64,000 bases of DNA, taken from Gnetum montanum. Its lineage: Eukaryota; Plantae; Gnetophyta. The translations under genes were made by a program, and so were the position numbers. Of the stretch, positions 1 through 10,809 are shown piece by piece. Every line of letters starts with the position of its first letter. The first letter of the stretch is position 1. The notes under the pieces are model-generated. The model worked only from the letters and a program-made list of their open reading frames with translations. It had not been told where the DNA came from and ran no database searches. The DNA is taken from the NCBI GenBank assembly GCA_015680685.1, contig MNCI01002829.1, positions 1-64,000 of the forward strand, written 5' to 3'.

Positions 1-416
1 CCATTGCGGGCCTGTTGTGTATTGTATAGCAAGCGTAAATAATGACTAGTTTAAGGCCGTTGCGGGCCGACTGCATAACTACGTACAACGGTATGAATAG
101 GTTGATTTTGGATAACTAGTTTAAGGCCGTTGCGGGCCGGTTGCGTATTCCAGCGTAAATGGTTATAGTATGCAATACTGCGTTACTAGTTTAAGGGCAT
201 GGCGGGCCTGTTGCGTATTGTATAGCAAGCGTATATAATGATAGTAGATAACTTCGGATGACTAGTTTAAGGCCGTTGCGAGCCGACTGCGTAACTACGT
301 ACAACGGTATGAATAGGTTGATTTTGTATAACTAGTTTAAGGCCGTTGCGGGCTGGTTGCGTATTCCAACATAAATGGTTATAGTATGCAATACTGCGTT
401 ACTAGTTTAAGGCCAT
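1..416. repeat. Tandem array of ~70-bp monomers with a 3-monomer (216-bp) higher-order period; truncated by window start and N-gap
   Basis: Anchor ACTAGTTTAAGG at 45, 115, 185, 261, 331, 401 (spacing 70,70,76,70,70); monomer n resembles monomer n+3 most. Confidence 0.92.
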
Positions 417-907
417 NNNNNNNNNNNNNNNNNNNNNNNNNNNNNNNNNNNNNNNNNNNNNNNNNNNNNNNNNNNNNNNNNNNNNNNNNNNNNNNNNNNN
501 NNNNNNNNNNNNNNNNNNNNNNNNNNNNNNNNNNNNNNNNNNNNNNNNNNNNNNNNNNNNNNNNNNNNNNNNNNNNNNNNNNNNNNNNNNNNNNNNNNNN
601 NNNNNNNNNNNNNNNNNNNNNNNNNNNNNNNNNNNNNNNNNNNNNNNNNNNNNNNNNNNNNNNNNNNNNNNNNNNNNNNNNNNNNNNNNNNNNNNNNNNN
701 NNNNNNNNNNNNNNNNNNNNNNNNNNNNNNNNNNNNNNNNNNNNNNNNNNNNNNNNNNNNNNNNNNNNNNNNNNNNNNNNNNNNNNNNNNNNNNNNNNNN
801 NNNNNNNNNNNNNNNNNNNNNNNNNNNNNNNNNNNNNNNNNNNNNNNNNNNNNNNNNNNNNNNNNNNNNNNNNNNNNNNNNNNNNNNNNNNNNNNNNNNN
901 NNNNNNN
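417..907. other. Assembly gap; further gaps at 1705-2160, 45975-46282, 49240-49989, 52492-53447
   Basis: Runs of N, all inside retroelements. Confidence 1.
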
Positions 908-3900
908 CCCCCGCCACAAACTCAATACGCACCGTTTCCTTGACTTGAACCCGTGCTCCGTTGAACGATTTTACGCAGGCTATCATCGTGGGAGTGATCT
1001 GGTCGACCAAGCCTAGCCTATCCACTATGGAATAAGGAACGATGTTAGCAGCTGCACCATCATCCACGTGCACCCTCCGGATCCGGTACTGGCCGACTCG
1101 AATGGTAATGAACATAAGCTCAGTCGTTACTTGACCTTTCTCCGGGTCGTCTTTGACGGACTCGTCAAGAAAGGTTAGCGAGGTAGGCTTAGGTTGTTCA
1201 GGTTCGGAAGGAAACATGATAGCGTGTATCGCTTCCTCTTCTACTGGTAGGTTGCCATCCACTGATATGGATGTCAGCATGCGTACCATAGCCTCACGGT
1301 GTTCTCGAGACGTCATCAGTAAGTTGTACAAGCTCAGCATTGTGTTCTTTTGCTTAAGAGCTTGTTTGACTTGCGTGAATGCATCGAGGAGGTCCTTCTC
1401 TCGGCCGGGTTGTTTATCCCCCTTGTCCTCCTCCATTCGGCCCAAGAGACGGATCTCTCGAGGCAAAGCAATGTTAGTGGGAGGGTCGTTCTTTTTCCTG
1501 CCAAGAGAAGGTGGCTGCATTTCTGTACCTTTAGCATGCTTCTGAGGCATAGACAAAGGCACAGCGGCCAGGGGTCTGGGCTTAGAGAAGCCGAGCGTAA
1601 GGTGGTCTTTTGTTGCATTAATTGTAGTGTCCTCCTCCTTTCACTTAGGAGGCGATGACTGGTTATTTTGACCGGAGGTCTGCCCCTGCGTGAGAGGAGC
1701 AGGCNNNNNNNNNNNNNNNNNNNNNNNNNNNNNNNNNNNNNNNNNNNNNNNNNNNNNNNNNNNNNNNNNNNNNNNNNNNNNNNNNNNNNNNNNNNNNNNN
1801 NNNNNNNNNNNNNNNNNNNNNNNNNNNNNNNNNNNNNNNNNNNNNNNNNNNNNNNNNNNNNNNNNNNNNNNNNNNNNNNNNNNNNNNNNNNNNNNNNNNN
1901 NNNNNNNNNNNNNNNNNNNNNNNNNNNNNNNNNNNNNNNNNNNNNNNNNNNNNNNNNNNNNNNNNNNNNNNNNNNNNNNNNNNNNNNNNNNNNNNNNNNN
2001 NNNNNNNNNNNNNNNNNNNNNNNNNNNNNNNNNNNNNNNNNNNNNNNNNNNNNNNNNNNNNNNNNNNNNNNNNNNNNNNNNNNNNNNNNNNNNNNNNNNN
2101 NNNNNNNNNNNNNNNNNNNNNNNNNNNNNNNNNNNNNNNNNNNNNNNNNNNNNNNNNNNNTTTTCTTTGGCCTTGTTGTGTGTGTTCCTGTAGGCGACAT
2201 ACGCTGGGTCTTTGCTGGCCTCCGCAGCATCTTGGATGCTCCTAACTTGTGCGAAGGCCTGATGTAAATTACTTGGGGAAAGGTAGTACAGCTTTGACTT
2301 AATGAAGTCATTAACTGCTCCCTTGAACATAGCCAACATATGTGAGTCCACGATCGGCTCGCGGATCTCGTTCAAGGTAGCATTCCAGCGCTGTATAAAA
2401 TTTTGGACGGGTTCGAGTGGGTCTTGTTTCACCCCTATGAGCTGATCCAGCGTGACTTCTGACTTCAGGTTGTATTTGAAGCAGGTCACAAATTGGGTCA
2501 GCAGCTCTTCCAAGGTTGAGATGGAAGAGCATGGGAGGGCTCGGTACCAGTCCAAAACTTTCCCTGTTAATGACATTACAAAGACTCTGATAATCGTATG
2601 TGGCCACTGTTGAAGCAACAAGGATTCAGATCGAAAGGTGACTAAGTGAGCGTTGGGATCCCCCTCCCCATTGTATTTGGTGAAATGAGGGAGGGACATC
2701 CCCGGCGGTAACGACAGCATAGGGACCACTGAACTAATCGGATCATCCTAGTAAAAGTCCATAATCTGAATAGCATCAGATCCAGCGGCTTTGAGGCATC
2801 GGACCTCCTCGGTAAGAGTCTATATCAGCTGGAAAGCTTGGCCCAAGCCTGTTGATGGAGGTGCCTGTGCAGAAGGCATAGGAGGTTGGACCGGGAGGGC
2901 GGCGCGAGGGAACGGAAACGACGGAATGGGTTGACTGGCTGCTTGTGGGGCAAGGATCCCAGCAAGTAGGGGAGCCTGGGAAGACCACCACCCGCTGGCT
3001 TGCGCAGAGGGGTTGGCAGTCGCCTGCTGCACAAGATAGGGATGGGTATACTACGGGATCCTCTGTGGAACTTGCGCTACAGGTGCAACGCGGGGCTGCA
3101 CGCCATACACCACAGACTGAGCATGTTGCGCCGCCGAGTTGGCCCACTAACCTGCGGCAGGCTGTTGGATGTATGTTTGTGGCTGAGCGACTGCGGCAAT
3201 TTGCTAAGTTTGCGGATGCGGAAGCGACATGGTTTGGGACGGGCGCGTTACAGATACGTTGTGGGGTTGTATCTGAGGGATGAAATGGGACGCGATGGTC
3301 GCTGGGATCACCACTGGGATGCTAAGTACTCGTGGTGACGGAACCACCCCCGTGTTATTGTGCGGTATTTGTGCTTGCAACCCAGACGGCTGCGCATTGG
3401 CCTGCGGCATGGCAGGGAAATACATCTGCGCGGTCATGGCTGGGTTAAGAGGTGCGGCTTCTCCATTGAAAGGAAACAAGGGATTTATATACGTTTGGGG
3501 GCTCAGCGTATGGAACGAAGGTTCCAGAGTATGGAACGAATGTTCCTACTGGGCCGCAAATTCATCCTCTTCTTCCCCATGCTGGGACTCCACCACAGCT
3601 TGTGAAGCCTGGCCTTTGGCCATGACCAACTGTGTGATAAGTTCGTGTTGGTGTTCGGTCAAGGGAATTATGTCGTAAGCTGTTGGCTTAAAATCATAGC
3701 CCCCTCGGTGGAGCACCTCAAAGTTTCGTTTCGCTTCGAGCTTGGCTCTGCTGAGAGCCAGCTTCACCTGGATCTTAACGCATATGAAGTTGTATTCTTC
3801 AGGGGTTATAACTGTGAAGATAGGCTCTTTTCCTTGGAGCCTCAATGAACGGCGCAATGGGCCCTGAGATCCCGTTGCGCCAGGAGCTGGTCCTGTGACC

Positions 3901-3974
3901 GCCATAGGATTCATAGGTGTGGCACCCAGATCGGTAGGGCCCATGGCAGTTGTGGTTGTGTACAAGGAATCCAT
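908..3974 (-). pseudogene. gag: gag-protease polyprotein with in-frame nonsense codons
   Basis: ORFs starting at 3974, 3479, 3032, 2729 and 1562 share one frame. Gag core FTKYNGEGDPNAHL..SLTGKVLDWY..L..QF; aspartic protease VHVDDGAAANIVPYSIVDRLGL; P/Q-rich N-terminal region. Confidence 0.85.
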
Positions 3975-4195
3975 TGATCAATGAAGTTAGCAGTAACTGG
4001 TAATCGGATCTAAGAAATGGCTGGCAACAAAAGCACAAAAAAGGCTTTCTACCCTGTAGGATTTCAAAGAAATCGTCCTTGCGACCGATCTATACCACGC
4101 GATTGACCGTAGACTTTCCTAGAGGTATTACGTCTATGGTTTAGGGTATGGATCACTACCAGGGCTACCCAAACTATTCGGATCAAAGCCTGAAG

Positions 4196-4213
4196 GCCCT
4201 CCTTCTAGCGCCA
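4196..4213 (-). promoter_or_regulatory. Primer-binding site complementary to plant tRNA-Asn(GUU)
   Basis: Plus strand GCCCTCCTTCTAGCGCCA matches the 3' end of plant tRNA-Asn plus CCA; 6 nt from the LTR terminus (TGTAACG at 4220). Confidence 0.85.
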
Positions 4214-4219
4214 AAAAAC

Positions 4220-5682
4220 TGTAACGACAGAAAACGTCGGCAGCTGGAAATACCAAACGAGGTTCCGTGTATACAGTTTTAACCACGGATCCGCGCGAGG
4301 GCTAAACTGAAAAAAAAACGAATCCGCGGCACCCTGAACGATCTTGTCGATCAGATAGGGACTTACAGATCAGTAAAACGATGAAGATTACGGATCTTTG
4401 CGTGCTTCGATTTGATTCGAGAGATCATGAAACGGGAGGAAACCGACGTGGATGGATCGCTACGATGATAACGTCAAACACGCCGAAGAGATGCTAATCA
4501 GGAGAGAAACGCGTGATTTTCAAAGATCTATGTTTCGATTTTTGAAAGAATGTATGATTTGTATGTCACGTTACAATGGGAGAGGCCCCCAATAACTTGA
4601 TGCAAAAATGAGCACAAAACAACAAGGAAACTGTCCAGACAGAAGTCCGATCTACCTCGTAGGCCAAAGCTGGGATGCAAGGAAGGTCAAGCTCTGATGT
4701 CTGCCGATCAACTATTTTTGACCGGTAGAACCTGCAAACTGGGCGAGACGATCTCACAATCCTTGTTCTGCTTCTTTGCTTCGAGTAGGTTCTGCTCGGG
4801 GCAGCAATCGCTAATGGAGAAAGTCGTATCTTCCCCCAAATGAATGATCTCTCTTGTTGCTAAGGCTCAAGCGCACTGTCCTCTGTTCTTGCCGAAGGAT
4901 GGTGCTGTCGACAGTTGCCAAAAGGTTGCTTTTTGTTTCTCTGCTCAAGGTGATAAGTGCTTCCCTGCTCAGAAAATGCTCTTGCCCTTTTGATTTTCTG
5001 CCCTTGTATCTTTGTCAACTGGTCTATTTATAGGCTGCGAGGTCCCATAAAAAGGCGCAACCCTGATGACGTGGGTCCCGGATATTTCGGGTTCCGTTGA
5101 CATGACCATTTTAAGTTAGACTGTGACTACGCACAATACGCTCGTTTGCGTGTTGTGCGTGTGAAGAGCAGGTACATGTTGAGCGTGTTTCAATTGCTTT
5201 CAGGCTATATTACACTCATTCGCGTTGTGTTGCGTGTATGAGCGTAATCCGGTATAAAAACAATAGGCTCAAAATTGTCTTACGCTCACTACGTAGCCGC
5301 GCGTAATGAAGCGTAAATAATGTCTAATTTACGCTCACTACGCAGCCGCGCGTAATGAAGTGTAAATAATGTCTAATTTACACTCACTACGCAGCCGTGC
5401 GTAACGAAGCGTAAATAATGTCTAGCCTTAGTGATGAAAAACGCAATGGTATGCACCGCCGCGTAACGAGCGTAAAGACAAGTTATCCATACGTCACAAG
5501 AAAAAGTGTCGAACTGTTGTGCTTCTCTAGACTCTGCCTTTGACTATTTTGGAGCTTATTACGCTTATTACGCTGTCGTGCGTAATAGAGCGTAAACTTG
5601 TCCTTGAACAAAGCTGATGCGTGCTCTCGCTTGAATTGCGAACCTTTGCCTGATGCCGACTCGTAATTTTCACGGTGTTTCA
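4220..5682 (-). repeat. 5' LTR (~1.46 kb) of the Tat-like element
   Basis: On the minus strand starts TGAAACACC and ends GTTACA; TATA box (plus TATTTATAG, ~5025-5033); host gag sequence resumes at 5683. Confidence 0.75.
5281..5425. repeat. Three 49-bp tandem repeats in LTR U3
   Basis: TACGCTCACTACG(T/C)AGCCGCGCGTAATGAAGCGTAAATAATGTCTAATT at 5281, 5330, 5379. Confidence 0.9.
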
Positions 5683-6897
5683 ATATTGATAAATGTTGCA
5701 CCCACCATTATCATCAAATTTTGTCTCCACAACTTCTTCTACTGTAGCAGCTTTGCCCTTACCTCTTTGATAGGTATGTTTAGCTTCTTTTCACATCCTA
5801 TTATCACATTCACTATTTCGCTCTTTGGATTCTTCAACAATCTTCATAGCAATTTGGAATTTTTCATCCAAAGAATCCCATAATTTATTAACATTTGTCA
5901 TAATATTAGAAATAGATTTTCCCTATTCACCACTTCATCGAGTGGTGACTCTCCTTGTCACAAAATTGGACCTCTCTTTTCATGATGGAAGGGTTCCTAT
6001 TATATTCTTCTACACTCTCTCTTTTCTACAACTCACTTTCTTCTTTTGCTACGTGCTCTATCAGCCTTTGGATATAATGAGCTCTTAGTTTGGACAGTCT
6101 CCCTTAGGCATAAATGCCAAGAGTTCTTCTAGTTTCTGTTCTAAGCCCATATATGATGTGGCAGAATTGTTCCCTCTAAGAATAACCATGGCCAGGGCAT
6201 CGGTGTAAGAGAGAATAATATCTGCCTATGGTGGCATCCAAGGGTTCATGTATTCCTTGTTTCTAGCCTTGGATTTACCTTCTCAGATTGGACACTCTAG
6301 AGTATATTTGGTATTTGTCATTAAATAATTCCAGCATGCTACTCCATCTGTGCATGGATTCAAGCTCCAAGGACTAGTACCAGCTTTCTACTTCCTACAT
6401 GAGTGTCCTAGAAAATAGCTTGAGCTTCTACCAATCATTTTCAATATTTTGCAAGGCACAAGCATCATGGAAAGCTTGTAGATGTGTTTGCAAATCAAAG
6501 TGATATCCCCCTCAAATCTTGGTATATTGTTCATGTCTAAGCACTTGATTCGACTATCCTTCACATGCCTAGTTAGGATCAGAAAACTTGTTTTTATTAC
6601 TACACACACTGTCATGTTCAGGTACAACAGTGCTTGAATAAAGATTCGTACACTTAATGACTCCTACTACAGGCACTCATGAAAATATTCAAACTTTCAA
6701 ATGTAAAAAATGCAAGAGCTTTGCTACACTATGACTATCTGATGCCTAAAAATCGCAGGTTGGCACATATTTATAGGCAAGAATAGATCCTACGTTAACA
6801 AGGCCATATCAACGCATGAAATGATGTGTCGACAAGGCCTAGTCAATGAAGCCTAGTCAACAAGGCCTCGTCGATGTGACCAATTTGTAACTCATCA
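5683..6897 (-). mobile_element. Athila-like copy A: partial 5' LTR fused directly to decayed gag (internal deletion)
   Basis: LTR terminus CTCATCA at 6891-6897, TATA at ~6769, LTR R-like sequence to ~6590, then gag DSRIKCLDMNNIPRFEG homologous to 47150-48000. Confidence 0.75.
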
Positions 6898-9800
6898 TCC
6901 GACTATAGATTCACTACCCTTACGACATTTCTTTGTTGTGGTTGCACAAGAATTTTATCCTATGTGAATGAAGCAAGTGGCAATAGTGTAGTTGGTTATG
7001 GTCCAAGAGTCGATGGATGTTGAGAAGAATGGAAGGAAAAATAAAAATCCCCCCTCGGAGAAGATGCTCTATAGTATTCTGGATGGTAGTAATGGTAAGG
7101 AAAGGAGGCATGCCTAGAAGAGTCACATGGGGATACAAGATACTGAACATAATATCCATAAGGATTAGGTTACCTATAGGGACATGACTATGGGTGTTTC
7201 CATTGTTGATATTACTGTTGAGGTTGAGGAAGTGCTTCACTTGAATAATAGGTTTGATGGTGGAACTACTACCTACAGTTACCTTGTGGATAAGGCAATA
7301 GCCTAGGTGTTTGTTGTTTTTCCAATATAGGATTTAAAATGTACACCTCAGATTCTTGGAGATGTGACATTGCTAGACAACATCCCTTAGGATGTTCATA
7401 TTAGCAAATGTCACAACCATCATCATCTATTTTTGAATCTACAGCCTCTTCTACTATTGCAGCTTTGCCCTTGTTCTTATAATATCCTTGTTCTACAACT
7501 TTTTTGTCCTTCTTTCTTGATCACTACTTCCTTGGTCTCTTCACTCCTCTATGATTTTCAGAGCTATTTGGAATTTCTCATCTAAGGAGTCCCACTTCTT
7601 ATCTACCTTGGTCAATATTTCAATGATAGATTTTTTTATGGGCAAGGTTTTCCTCTATACTACTTCATCAAGGGGTGCCTCCTCCTTAGTATCACAGAAG
7701 TGCATCTCCTTTTTGTAAATGGAGGGATCCCTATTGTACTCTTTTGCACTCTTGCACTTTTTGAGCTCCCCTTCTTCTTTGACCACCTAATCTATCGACC
7801 TTTAGATTTGATAAGCCCATAACTTAGAAAGTCTCTCTTGGGCATAGACCCCAAGAGATTTCCTTGCTTCATTCTTGAGCCCATCTATGATATGGCAGAG
7901 CTAATCTCTTTGGGAGTATCCATAGCTTGGGCATCAATGTAGAAGAGAATAGTACCAATCCAAGGCTACATCCATTGACTCATGATTTCCTTGTTTCCAT
8001 CCTTAGATCTATCTCCACAAGTTGGACACTCTAGAGTACATTTGGTATTTGTCATTGAAAAGCCCCAACATCGTACTCCATCAAAAAATGGATTATGATT
8101 CTAAAGATCAGTACAAGCTTTCAACTTCCTTGATGAGCATCCTTGGAAATAATTTCAGCTTTTATCAATCCTTCTCTATATTCTATAAGGCACAAGCATC
8201 ATGAAAGGCTTGAAGATGGTTCTGTGGATCTCAATTGTGTTCCCCTTTGAACCTAGGAATATTGTTCATAACCAACCTCTTGATTCGACTATCTTTCAAG
8301 TGCCTTATTAAAATTCTAATTTCATTTGAAATATTCAACATGTTTCGGGTAGCCAGCAGAGGCTCATCATAGTCACAATGATCACGGTGGACCCTGTCAT
8401 GGCTATGATGTCTATGATGACTCCTTCTATGCCTTCTCTTTCAATGATGCTCCTCCCTTTGTTATTTTCCTTATCCTTATTCTTGATCATCCTGGTAGGG
8501 TCTACGTTCCTCCCTATCCTTTCGTTCATCTCTATCTCAATCAGAACTGTTTTTTCTTATATCTCAGCCTTTGCTTCTCATGTTAGAGTTAAAGGAGGAT
8601 GATGATGAGGGTGAGAAAGAAGAAGAAAAAACACCAAAACGATGCTTGCTAGTTCTTCTCCTTGGGGCCCTACCCCAATCAAATTGCTTTTCTTTGTCTT
8701 TTTGCTTGTCATTATCCCTGTCTTTGAATGAGTGGCTATGGTTTTTGTCTTTTAAGGTCCATTGGTCTTGAGAACCATTTTTTCTGTCACCAAAGTTGTC
8801 CACAGTTGATTGCAATCTTTAGTTAAGGGTATCCTCATCATAGAAAAGAGCGGATTTTGTGTATTGGGATTAGCCTTAAAAGAAGTCCTCACCTTTCTTA
8901 TGTTGTTGCAAGAATAACTAGGTTGGGATCCTTTTGCCCTTAGAGACCTCATATCATGTTTCCATCTTCTAATCCTTCTTTCATTAGGAATCGGTAGGAT
9001 GATAATCCCAGTAAGTATGGTCATGGACCTCATACTTTGAGGTAAGTGCAATAATGCCCAACTTGATGAGATTGCTCATTAGCATGGCAAGAATAGATTG
9101 ATCATGAGAGAACATAATGTTGCCTTCCATATCCTTCCAATGCAGCTACTCATCCTAATGTAGGATGAAAGTGAAATCTGGATTGGTGTAGACAACACGA
9201 AGTTATTAGGACATTTATGCATCTTCTATCACTGATTAGATCCTCCTAAAATGGTGGAGATTCATCCCTGTAAGAAGAAGTCATGTTAGCTTTTTCTAAA
9301 AACAGTGTGTGTGTTCTTATATTATTAATGATTTATCATTGATTGGTCCTTACAATGTCTTTGTATAATGTCATGGTATTTTCCTACTTAGTGCACTTAG
9401 CTAAACTACATTCCTAATAATAGCACTAATGATGAGCAACAAATATACCCTACGCTTAACCATACAAATCACAAGTGTGCACTAGTGATCCAATCGAATT
9501 CCATGGACTTAGTTCCTAAGTTGATCTATAGACAAAGACTGTGAACCTAAAGGTCATGTGATTGTTGTCTTCCTAACTCTCACTTGTGTATGCTCTTACG
9601 TATGGTTAAGTATGAGTTAAGGCATATGATATTTGTTTTTATTTATATTTTTATCTTATGTCCTATGTGAAAAGATGAATAATTGATGAATAACTATTTT
9701 AACCACCTAACTATTCTAAAGGCTAACTATCCTAACATAAGTAGTCATTCCAACCTTTTGTACACATCTTGAACTAGTACTAATGTTATTGGGTTACCAA

Positions 9801-10306
9801 GTGATGATTACTAGGCATACCAAATAGCCACTACTAGGATTACCGAGCATTGCACGTTATGCTCGAAGTGGTTGTACTTATGTTTTCATGATTAATTACT
9901 TTTATTATTATAACATAGAATGTAAAATGCATGTAAAGTAAAGTGTTGATAAGAGAGATTAAGCTAATCTAAGTATTGTAATGAACGTCACAAACCTCAT
10001 CTTTATTGTCGTTCACATCAAAGTGTTCAAGTACATGATGCTTGAATAAAGATCCATGCAATCTCTTTACTACGAGCACTTAGATGGAAAATATCCTAAC
10101 TCTAGAAACAACAAATTGTAAAAGCTTCCCTATACTATGTACTTAGCATGCCATAAATGCAATGGGTATATGCATTTATATAGGCTTAACTACATCAACA
10201 TCAATGCATCTACATCGACACATGTAACCATGTGTCAACAGGGATATGTCAATGAGGCTACATCAACACATGTCCATGGATGCAACCAATTGACTATGCT
10301 TCATCA
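6898..10306 (-). mobile_element. Athila-like copy B: 5' LTR, decayed PBS, gag pseudogene; interrupted by copy A
   Basis: LTR 9430-10306 with TGATGA...TCATCA termini; gag homologous to 46300-48500 (MNNIPRF motif at ~8250-8270). Confidence 0.8.
9411..9428 (-). promoter_or_regulatory. Decayed tRNA-Asp PBS (Athila type)
   Basis: Minus strand TAGTGCTATTATTAGGAA vs canonical TGGCGCCGTTGCCGGGGA: all 9 mismatches are C>T or G>A; 1 nt from the LTR end. Confidence 0.7.
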
Positions 10307-10809
10307 GTATAGCACAAAACTGATTCTTCGAAAGTGATTCTATGAGCCACATCAAACCTCAGGCCCACTAAGATGATGCACATGTGTGCTTTTAATTTTA
10401 TTCAAGCTCAATAAAAAGGCATAGCATGGCATAGCACAGCATAGGGTCAATTAAGAAAAGAAGCTTGAATCATAAAGTGAATTCATTAAGGTTAAGATCA
10501 ACATTAGAAAAAGACCTGAGAAGGATCTCATAAGCTAACATTAGTCAATAATTTTAAACAACTATGCCATAAATATCATAGCTTTAACAAAATCAAAACC
10601 TACAAAAAGTAAATCACATAACCAGTTTCCAACAAGTGAATTAGAGAATGGAGCTTCAAGTATTAAAGGGAAATATTTGAATATATTTTGAATGCACAAC
10701 CATCAATATATAGAGCTAAAGTATAGTTGAGAGCTAGAACAGAGTAGAATGCAAAGCCACCATTAATGACACAGAAAAGATTTTAAGTTTTTTTAAAAAG
10801 AAAGCTAAG

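Larger units (their letters stand above)
1..5682 (-). mobile_element. Ty3/gypsy LTR retrotransposon, Tat/Retand-like, relatively young; 3' end outside window
   Basis: 5' LTR 4220-5682, tRNA-Asn PBS, gag-protease frame, downstream tandem array; CpG still abundant, unlike flanking TEs. Confidence 0.8.

Noticed and set aside
1-416. CRISPR-like repeat-spacer appearance
   Set aside because: The spacers themselves repeat every third unit, the context is eukaryotic and there are no cas genes; it is a tandem array
4196-4213. tRNA-Asn gene
   Set aside because: Only the 3' 18 nt including CCA are present, next to an LTR; it is a PBS
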